From Chrysomallon squamiferum (lineage: Eukaryota; Animalia; Mollusca), in contig CM022665.1 in the NCBI GenBank assembly GCA_012295275.1, positions 10,974,001 to 11,038,000 on the forward strand: 64,000 nt of DNA. Direction: 5' to 3'. The notes under the pieces are model-generated. The model was not told the origin of the DNA. It searched no databases and saw only the letters and a program-made list of their open reading frames with translations. Of the stretch, positions 55,175 through 64,000 are shown in pieces. A program made the position numbers and the translations under genes. Within the stretch, counting starts at the first letter, position 1; every line of letters begins with the position of its first letter.

Positions 55175-55251
55175 TTACACAGCATTGTGAAACAAAATAA
55201 GGCACAGGCACACCAAGAGCACAGTTCTGGCCAATGAGAACAAGGCGCTAC
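55175..55251 (-). CDS. NELL: Putative alternative C-terminal extension of exon F (intron read-through) encoding a hydrophobic, GPI-signal-like tail
   Basis: In-frame continuation GSALFSLARTVLLVCLCLILFHNAV then TAA at 55175-55177. The sequence is non-repetitive and more GC-rich than typical intron here. Confidence 0.55.
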
Positions 55252-55389
55252 CTTCACAAGAATAAGCGTCCAATCGGTTGTGTCCGTCAGCACACTGGCA
55301 CGTATACGAGCCAATGGTGTTCACACAAGCTGTGTTGCTATGGCAATGGTGGCCTGTTTTGCCTCCTTCGGTCATACATTCATCAATAT
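55252..55389 (-). CDS. NELL: NELL exon F: calcium-binding EGF domain 2
   Basis: ttcttcag acceptor, weak gtagcg donor, 138 nt, phase 1-1. Encodes (D)IDECMTEGGKTGHHCHSNTACVNTIGSYTCQCADGHNRLDAYSCE with the cbEGF consensus DIDEC...CxNxxGSYxC. Confidence 0.95.
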
Positions 55390-56226
55390 CTGAAGAAAGA
55401 AACGAAAGCAATTAAAAAATAAAAATTAAAAACGATATATTAAACATTGATCACACACAAATATGTATGCACATAAAATTCATACATACATACCTACCTA
55501 TGCACTCACACACAATTTTCAGGTACTAATTTGTTTTCTTCACAAATACTTATTAAAAAAACCAGTTACAGTGAAACAGATAAACCTCGCCTGTGGTCTG
55601 CCGGATGTAAGCAGGGTACTGACCTTTCCCAAATAGCAAAAAGTGTACTCAGTAGATACACGCTTAATGAAAAAGGAATGACATATAGGTAAAGTAGATA
55701 ATCATAACAAACTACTTTTTCCTCTTCTTAAGAAAAGCAGCTAAGATTTCAGTACAGAATTTTTTAACATAACATATAAACAACAAGAAAATACAAACAT
55801 ATAGTATTAATATTAATTGTTAAGAAAAAATTATTTTATTTCTTTTTATCTTTGTGTTGAAAAATATACCCACATATTACAACATTCATTCATTTTCTCT
55901 GTAATGCACACATATAAACATTCTGAGTGCTTGGTGTGTAATTTTGAAATGTCTAAAAATTTATATTCTGTTGGCTTGTCATATATACTGCAGGGTAATG
56001 GTCACAATGTTACATGATCAAAGATGGTATTATAATCTGCAGTGTAGCCAAGAATGACCACAGCTGACAAAGAAGCTGATATTACAGATTACTTGAAAAT
56101 ATTTAACTTTTCTTTTCTTGGTAGTTCAAAAATGATTGTGTTGTAAGCATTTGTTACATACATAAACTCACTATCCACCAGAAACACATATATAAATTTT
56201 ACATTACATAAACACAAATACATTAC

Positions 56227-56228
<2 letters not shown>

Positions 56229-56286
<58 letters not shown>
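56229..56286. repeat. (AC)n microsatellite
   Basis: Perfect dinucleotide run of about 29 units. Confidence 0.97.
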
Positions 56287-56289
<3 letters not shown>

Positions 56290-57356
56290 TCATGCACTAC
56301 AACCAAACTAGCTTCACCATCTGTTCAGTTCCAGATTATGGAATATATAAAACAAATATTTAAGATTATATTTTAAGATGGTGAAAATCATGAATAAATA
56401 CCAAGCTTTCAAATCATTTGAGTTTTACAATGAAAACCATTTTGACAATTGAATAAACAGAAATCATGCATCTTTTTATTTCATAATTTTAAAAGGTTAT
56501 TTTTAAATGAGCAAGTAAGTTATTGCAGAGCCAAAATGGTTATTTCAAGATGTTTAAATAGAGAATCTTAAATATTTACATTAAATGGCTATTACAAAGA
56601 CCAATGTGTTTAGATTTGCATTCCTTCTCTGTGAAGATCTGAGCTCCATTTGAACTCATCATCAATAACCATCTCACAGAGACAGGTAATAATGATGGGA
56701 TTAGGTACAAATGTAAGAATGACCATGAATAATTGCACTCAGTGCAAAGGGACACTAACTGACCATCATTAATAACTCCACTGACAAGTCCAACCCAGTG
56801 ACCTAAACATGAAAAATGACCATTTAAAAATCTGACATGAACATCTCAAATACTCTCCATACATACATATATACAGACAAAATTTTAAAGCCAAATTAAC
56901 AGCATGAAAGAAAAACTGGGCTAATTTTAGACAGAAACATAAACTCTCCTTCAAACACCTTTCAAACTAAATGATCCTTAGGAAGAAAACCCTCAAGTCC
57001 AAATTATCCTTAAGAAAACCCCTTAAAACTATCCTTAAGAAAAACAGTTAAACTGTCCAAAGGAAAATTCATGAAAAATTATAATTTGAAAGTTTGAAAC
57101 TGATATTTTTTCCAAATATATAGACACATAACAGCTAAGAGAAAAGGGAAAAAGGAGACCCCCCCCCCAAAAAAAAAGCATGATATAAGATAAATTGTTT
57201 GTTTAACTAGAAAACTAATGGATGATTACAGGAAGTATTTTTATTTGGAATAAATATTAACTGTCATAACATTTTTACCCAACTAATCTATCTATTTATC
57301 TACATGTTATTTGTTCATGATTAAAAAACTCTGGATTAATCTGGATTTTATAATCT

Positions 57357-57399
<43 letters not shown>

Positions 57400-58213
57400 C
57401 ATTAACAAGTAACATCTGATTTTAATATCATGAAGATATTTTGTTTTTCAATGCTAATTAAAGGTCAGTTGTAAACTGATATATGAAACCTGGTGAAAAC
57501 ATCAACTGGTCAATACAAACAGATGGTAACTGACCAACTACTGTTCAGTCTTTGAAAGTCTATTAAAAACAGTCCTAATGTTCTGCCTGTTTCACCTGCT
57601 GTCACGGAACACCACATTAACTTTTACAGCTCACACACTTGTTAATAAAAACAACAGTCTAACAATTCAAATAAAATTTTTATACCTCCCATCTATGATG
57701 TTTATCAAAATGGTTTATCATACAGTTAACAAGAAAATATCAGTGGTATTTTAAATTTAGCAAAATCCACGCCAGAGACATATTGGTAACACAAAACCTT
57801 TATGAGTCTGGCATTTCAAATTCTCAGAATATTAAAAAAAGGCTACATATAATGTTTGTTATTAAAATGTTCTGACAAGCTCTGAAACAACTGAATTTCA
57901 GTAAATGAAAGTTGGAATTCTTGGGATTGTGGAACTTACCTTTGATCAGTAATAATTATTGTAAATAATAACATTAAAATACTTTAAAAAAATGTAATCA
58001 TATTTATCATTTTGAAACATAAGTATTTTTATTAATTTGAGCATATACATTATATTTAAAGCTGAATTTATACAAAACAACTTTATAGGAGTCATGCACA
58101 GCTATAACTTTACTTCAGCCACATAACAATAACATTTCTTGAGTCACTCATAACTGTAACATTATGGCAGTCTCGCACAATTACAGCATTAAAACATGTA
58201 AGATGAACATTAC

Positions 58214-58333
58214 CTTCACAGAAATGTCCATCTCCCTGGAAGCCTGGTCTACACTGACATGCATATCGTGTGGCAAGGTTTACACAAGTAGCATTAACAT
58301 CACAGTCATGGCCAGCAGCACAAAAATCTGTTC
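58214..58333 (-). CDS. NELL: NELL exon E: EGF-like domain 1
   Basis: atttcag acceptor, gtaatg donor, 120 nt, phase 1-1. Encodes (G)TDFCAAGHDCDVNATCVNLATRYACQCRPGFQGDGHFCE, a six-cysteine EGF. Confidence 0.95.
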
Positions 58334-58427
58334 CTGAAATTAAAAAAGCAAAATTAATAATTTAATATGCAGAATTCAGCAAATTTGTAACCAGTGATTA
58401 TATTGCCTCATAAGGTATATGTATTAA

Positions 58428-58600
58428 AGAAGGAAGGAATAAATGAAACCTTCAACATATTTTTTAATACAAGTTTTCACATGGGTAAAGAGAGCAAAAA
58501 TACTGAGAGAGGAAACCTGTTGCTTATGGACTATTCTTTTTTTCAATTAGCATCAAATGATCTTTTATACACACTTTTCCATTGACAGAAAAGCACAAGT
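58428..58600 (-). mobile_element. Decayed SINE-like copy in the intron between exons D and E
   Basis: gaaggaaggaa tail...gagagaggaaacctgttgc...attagcatcaa...ttttatacacacttttccattgacagaaaagcaca. Confidence 0.6.
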
Positions 58601-58708
58601 AAAACAGAATTAATTGTCAGTCATTAAGATGTATATCATAGTTTTAAAAGGTCAGTTTTAATAAGATTTTTACTTATGTTATGAACAAAAACTTCAGGAA
58701 AGACCTAC

Positions 58709-58820
58709 CTGCACATACTGGACAACACTCGCCTTGAATCTGCAGTCTCTCAGACTGTGGACAGTTCAAATGGGGACAACTCTGATCTGGGTCCTGTCTC
58801 TCACACACCATCCTCCCATT
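58709..58820 (-). CDS. NELL: NELL exon D: second half of VWC2
   Basis: tgtttcag acceptor, gtaggt donor, 112 nt, phase 0-1. Encodes NGRMVCERQDPDQSCPHLNCPQSERLQIQGECCPVCA. Confidence 0.95.
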
Positions 58821-58851
58821 CTGAAACAAAACATTTCTTATACATTCCTTC

Positions 58852-59200
58852 TGCTGTCTAAACCAATCAAGTTAATGTTAAACATATCTTCTCCAATGTA
58901 AACCAGTGGAGTTAAACATTTGTTCTCCAGTCTAAACCAGTGGAGTTAAACATCTTCTCCAATCTAAACCAATAGAGTTAAACATTTGTTCTCCAGTCTA
59001 AACCAAAGGAGTTAATGTTAAATATATCTTCTCCAGTCTAAACCAGTGGAGTTAAACATCTTCTCCAATCTAAACCAATGGAATTAAACATTTGTTCTCC
59101 AGTCTAAACCAATGGAGTTAATGTTAAATATATCTTCTCCTGTCAAAAACAATGGAGTTCATTTTTAACATATCTTCTCCAGTCAAAACCAATCAAATTA
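58852..59200. repeat. 32-40 bp minisatellite next to the exon D acceptor
   Basis: tctccagtctaaaccagtggagttaaacat, about 10 copies. Confidence 0.92.
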
Positions 59201-59413
59201 ATATTTGACTTGAAAATGAAACATAATTCTGATTGTATGTTATACATAGAATTGTGGCATGCATGACATGTATGTCGGTCTCCTGTGTATGTGTAGAGGT
59301 ATCTATATGTGAAGGAGTGTGTGCATACATATACAAGTGTTTAATGTCCATGTAAGTAGGTATTTTCTATATAATTATGTTTGTGACATTTACAGGAGTG
59401 TGCATGTCCATGT

Positions 59414-59445
<32 letters not shown>

Positions 59446-59510
59446 AAAAACAAGATTCTGGAATGTATCATTTGAAAATTACAAGCAATAAGTTGAAATA
59501 AAATACTCAC

Positions 59511-59590
59511 ATCACAGGTACAAGTTACACAGACACGTGGACTGAATCCCTGGCCATGGTCATAATATTTACCACTATAAAAACAGTTAG
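59511..59590 (-). CDS. NELL: NELL exon C: first half of VWC2
   Basis: cttttcag acceptor, gtgagt donor, 80 nt, phase 1-0. Encodes (T)NCFYSGKYYDHGQGFSPRVCVTCTCD. Confidence 0.94.
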
Positions 59591-60394
59591 CTGAAAAGAA
59601 AGAGAAAACATAAAAGCCTTTAAAACTTTAAATAATTTTTGTAAAGGTTAAAAAAATAAAAAAAAGGATGAAAGATGAAAATGCATCTTCAAAAAAAATC
59701 TATAAAATGAAATTGCTCTCAGACTGCCAAAAGTAAAAATTTAATAACTAAGTGAAAAATATAAGTAAGTTAAAGTTGTTTTAGAATAATTGGAATTGTC
59801 CCTTTTTAAAAATATTTTCATAATACAAGATCTTTTTTTTATAAGTATATATGTATATCTGTATGTATGTATAAAGGAAAAAAAATACATAAAAAAAATT
59901 TAAATCCAATTTTTTTTACTTCATGTTGAAATCCATGTAGATTTATTTATTTATTTTACAGTTTTTAAGGAATATGTAATTGATGCAAACACTTAGTTAG
60001 ATTACATAAAATAAATAAAATGTCTGAAGGAAAAACCAGATGAAAAGGAATCTTTATCAGACATGGAATTTTTTTTTACAAAAAGGTGTTACTATGTAAA
60101 ACTGTTCTCAAATCTCCTTCAAACAAACACATAAGTAGTTAAAACATTCGTCAGTTTCCAAGATACATATATACACAACTCTGAAAGCTTTTTGTTATCT
60201 TTGAAATCAGATTACTTTTTGAATTTTTTTTTTTTGTCTTGTGTTTTGTCTTGCATAAAGGTAAACTTCTAGGTGTTATACATGTCATATCACTGAGATC
60301 TCTTGACAGCAAGCCATACAGCACAGCTCAGTCTGGCTTGGTGCAAGATAGGGCATTGGCAAATTAAATAAATAAAACAGGTTGTACAGTCATT

Positions 60395-60497
60395 GATTCA
60401 GGGTGGGTTATGCTTATGGATCCAGACAGGGTTATGGTCATGGATCCAGGCAGGGTTATGTTAATGGATTCAGAGAGGGTTATATTTGTAGATCCAC
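60395..60497. repeat. 24-bp minisatellite
   Basis: Repeated atggatccagacagggttatg. Confidence 0.85.
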
Positions 60498-60859
60498 CAA
60501 GGATCACGGGAAAGTATCGTTCATTGATCCATTCTGAGTTACATTTACACATCCTTTTTTCTTCTTCTTTTTTAAACAAAGAAACATATTTCTCTTTTTA
60601 CTTAAACTCATTTCATTTTTGAAAATTATATCCATCACTTCATACACACCTTTTAAGAAATTATGGATCAGTCCCTGAAGTATGTGCTGAGCTAATCATA
60701 AAATTGTATAGACTCAGACATTTGTGCATAAATAAATCCTGTGGTTTTCTTTCTCAAAACAAACCAGTTTATGTGTGAGATAAAAACAAAATAATAATAA
60801 TAAAAGTGCAAAACATCTTGTATTTGTATTTTCTGTTTTAGTCACAAATTTAGAAACTA

Positions 60860-61080
60860 TATGGATACTAACTCACATACCATATGAATATTAAGTCACA
60901 TACCACATGGATACAAAGTCACATACTGTATGGATACTGAGTTATATACCATATGGATTCTAAGTCACATACCACTGATATAGACTTCCTCTTATATCTA
61001 TGGATACAAACTCAGTCACACACAATACAGATAAAGATTAAATCACATTCATTACAGATCAGATTTAGTCATATACTACA
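60860..61080. repeat. Degenerate minisatellite, about 24-bp unit
   Basis: Repeated atggatactaagtcacatacc. Confidence 0.8.
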
Positions 61081-61145
61081 TAAATTGAGAAAGATAATCT
61101 GAAATGACTTTTTACATTATGATAAAGATAGTAAAGAGTACTTAC

Positions 61146-61239
61146 TCAAGCATACAGGGCAGCATTCCTCATCACGATAGACTGGGTTTGTGCAATCAGC
61201 AGGTGGACAGTCTATTTTTCTACATTCAACAGATCCATT
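61146..61239 (-). CDS. NELL: NELL exon B: second half of VWC1
   Basis: atttcag acceptor, gtaagt donor, 94 nt, phase 0-1. Encodes NGSVECRKIDCPPADCTNPVYRDEECCPVCL with the VWC CCPxC signature. Confidence 0.95.
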
Positions 61240-61784
61240 CTGAAATAGAAATTAAAAAAAAAATAATAATAAAAATAAATCAAACAGTAAACCAATCCAT
61301 TAGCCATTTGAAATATACTTGTATCCAAACATTCATTATAAAAATGATCTGTGAATTAAATATTCATTATTCAGTTAGTCAGTTCAAACATGCTTATATC
61401 CAAATATTTGTTATAAAATTAACTAATGAAATATTCTTGTATTCAAGCAATCATTATAAAAATGTCTAATAAATAAATCAAACGATCTTTTAAAATATGA
61501 TTATATTGAAACAATTATTATAAAAATAACTTGAAAAATGCTTATGTCAAAACATTATAAAAATCAGTATATGAATTAATCAAGCATGGACATTTTTTTT
61601 ATATACTTACACTGAAGGTTAAAACATATTTTTAATGAGCAAACAATCCAGGAGCTTGGCTCACCTAATCAAAACACGCTTTATTGTGCTAGAAGATTAG
61701 TATTAATGTGTTAAATAGATAGGATATAGTTTTACATTTCAGATCTCCACAATTAACTATGATCAAGAATTAGAAGGTACATGC

Positions 61785-61960
61785 AACAGACTACTCCTTT
61801 TCAATAAGCAGCAAGAAATACTTTACAAAGACAATAAAGAAGAAACCACCATGTTTGATAAACCAACTGTGAGACACTGGCTTCAATGGAAAATTACAAA
61901 TTGTGTTCTAGTGAGGATTGATCCTGCAATCTAGCAAACATCACCTGTGTGTGATCTAAC
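61785..61960 (-). mobile_element. Decayed SINE-like copy
   Basis: gactactcc...agcagcaag...tttgataaacca...cactggct...gaggattgatcc. Confidence 0.55.
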
Positions 61961-63126
61961 CAATTACTCAGCACAGCCTACTTCAAAACTTGTAATGAAT
62001 TTAAACAAGGTATGACCCTAAGACTGAATGGGTTGGTAAGAACCATATTAAAATTAAAAACAAAATTTATTTTTGAATGTACCTCAGCAAAAAGCTAATT
62101 TACATTTTTAAATACATGAGTAAAGGTCTACAGAAACTCTTCTCGTAACACTTTTATATAATGAAATAAAAATAAAATTTTGGTTTCTAAAAATATCTAC
62201 TAAAATATCATGAGATAAACTGATCTGATTCATCTTGTATTAGAGAAAAAAATAATAATAAAAAATTCAGTTAATAAGATTTTGTTCTTTTTGACAGAAA
62301 CATCATTAGCAAAATCCCCAATGGCTTTGACAACTTTCCGCTCATAAAACATAATTTCCAGCTCATAAAGCCAGCATATCTGTTTCAACCTCTCTCACAT
62401 GTTGTGATCACAGACCCATAATAAGTATTTAGATCATCTGAATTAGCTCCAGGCTGTATCAAATACACATATAACAAAAAGAAAGAGTTGAGACATTTTA
62501 AAATGTATTTTTAGTGGATCTTGAAATACCAAGTCTTTTCTTAGAGATTATAACAGGGTTTCCAGTAAATTAACCATGTCCATGAAAGGCAAGCTAGATC
62601 AGAATTCTTTGGTGAAGTTAGCTGTTTTGCCCATGAAAGGTATACTTGAACAAAGTGTTCTGGTGATGTTAAAGGCATATACAGACACAAAATATTGATG
62701 AAGTTAGAGACTGTGCCCATGAAAGGCATACATGAACAGTTTTATGAAAATAGTGGTTGTGTCACTAACAGGCATTTTACAATACTTGTGAAGTAATGTC
62801 AGATAATATACCATAAACAAGTAAAAGCAAAACTAGCAATGAAAATGATAACAATAACAAGTAGCCATAAAAAAAAAAAATAATAACATAAGAAGAAGAA
62901 GAAGAAGAAAATAATAATAAAAAAAGCAATAATAGTAGATGTAGATGTAGCTGTACTAGTGATAGTAGTAGTAGATGTAGTAGAAGCAGCAACAGCAGCT
63001 GTAATAGCTGTAATAGTAAAGGTAGTAGTAATATAACAATAGCAAAAATGATAACCACAATAACAACAGCATCACCACCACCACGAAGGATGACAACAAC
63101 AGTAATAATAACAATAATATACATAC

Positions 63127-63258
63127 CCTACACATACAAACAGTACATTTATCTTTCTCCCAGACCTCGCCTTCTTTCCGAACTGTTCCATTATCAGAAC
63201 AGCTTTTCAAACATTCACACTGTTCCAGCCCCAGTATTCTTTCTTCTGCCTGCAGAAG
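63127..63258 (-). CDS. NELL: NELL-family protein, internal exon A: end of coiled coil and first half of VWC1
   Basis: tttcag acceptor, gtatgt donor, 132 nt, phase 0-0. Encodes LLQAEERILGLEQCECLKSCSDNGTVRKEGEVWEKDKCTVCMCR, matching from memory the vertebrate NELL1/2 pattern LxxAExRxxxLxxCxCxxxC...W...CxxCxC. Confidence 0.93.
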
Positions 63259-63288
63259 CTGAAACAGTACAAGGACTATTAGCATCAC

Positions 63289-63662
63289 TGGACTAAATGC
63301 AATAAATTCTAATAAGGTTATATTGCATCCCTGGATTAGCTACAATTAACTGTAATAAATGTAGTCTTGCATCCAAAGATCAGCTACAGTAAATTGCAAT
63401 AAGGTAGTCTTGCATCCAAGGATTAACCACAATAAACTCCAATAGGATTGTCTTGCATCCAAGGATTGATTGCAATAAACTCCAATAGGATTGTCTTGCA
63501 TCCAAGGATTGATTGCAATAAACTCCAATAGGATTGTCTTGCATCCAAGGATTAACTACAGTTAACTCCAGTAAAGTTATATTTCATCTCTGGATTAAGT
63601 TCAGTACATTCCAATAAAGTCGTCTTGCATGCCTGGACTAACTACAATAAGCTCTGATAAGA
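63289..63662. repeat. 43-bp minisatellite just upstream of the exon A acceptor
   Basis: aataaactccaataggattgtcttgcatccaaggattgattgc, about 8-9 head-to-tail copies with near-identical central units. Confidence 0.93.
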
Positions 63663-64000
63663 TTATTATTTATTACTGTGACTAAATTAATATTTACTTA
63701 ATGACATCTTGTCAATTTTAACATGATTAATTGATATATGTCTAGCAGAGGTTTTTTTTTATTGTTGTTTAATGATGATTTGAAAGCAAGTAAACTTGCT
63801 TCATCCACCTCAGGGGCTTCTTTTATTAATAGGTATCAAAGGACTTTTTCTAAGTGGAACTTCTCACAAGCATGAATGCACATACCACAGTATGTGATGT
63901 ATCAGTAAATGAGATTTGGGTAGAATCAGAAATGGAAATTTAGACCAGGGAGGATGTTTGATTCAGAAATCCATAATTTCTCGTGATTTAACTAGAACTT

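Larger units (their letters stand above)
3028..55251 (-). other. Giant phase-1 intron (52,224 bp) between the EGF2 and EGF3 exons
   Basis: GT at 55250-55251 and AG at 3028-3029. No further EGF or VWC exon recognised between them. Confidence 0.8.

Noticed and set aside
62777-63126. Hydrophobic read-through after exon A resembling a transmembrane segment
   Set aside because: It is encoded by trinucleotide low-complexity sequence after a good gtatgt donor, unlike the non-repetitive tail after exon F.
63289-63662. Regular 43-bp repeats (also 58852-59200) that superficially resemble a CRISPR array
   Set aside because: The units are head-to-tail with no unique spacers, there are no cas genes, and the context is a eukaryotic intron.

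Overview
AT-rich, CpG-poor animal genomic DNA. The repeat content and protein sequence suggest a protostome, possibly a gastropod mollusc (not verified). The window lies inside one minus-strand gene, a NELL1/NELL2-family (Nel-like) secreted protein. I reconstructed seven GT-AG exons by hand: 63127-63258, 61146-61239, 59511-59590, 58709-58820, 58214-58333, 55252-55389 and 2902-3027. They total 802 nt, have mutually compatible phases, and encode the end of the coiled coil, VWC1, VWC2, EGF1, cbEGF2 and cbEGF3. The 5' and 3' ends of the gene are outside the window. The first five introns are 0.4-2.8 kb; the EGF2/EGF3 intron is 52,224 bp and holds a 3-kb 42-bp minisatellite, many smaller tandem repeats, decayed SINE copies and candidate regulatory islands. 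The most interesting signal is at the start of the giant intron. The EGF2 donor is weak (GTAGCG), and read-through gives a GPI-signal-like hydrophobic tail and a stop codon. These are followed by three perfect Pumilio elements and AATAAA signals, which suggests a short membrane-tethered NELL isoform made by intronic polyadenylation. I found no supportable nested gene, RNA gene, autonomous transposon or CRISPR array.
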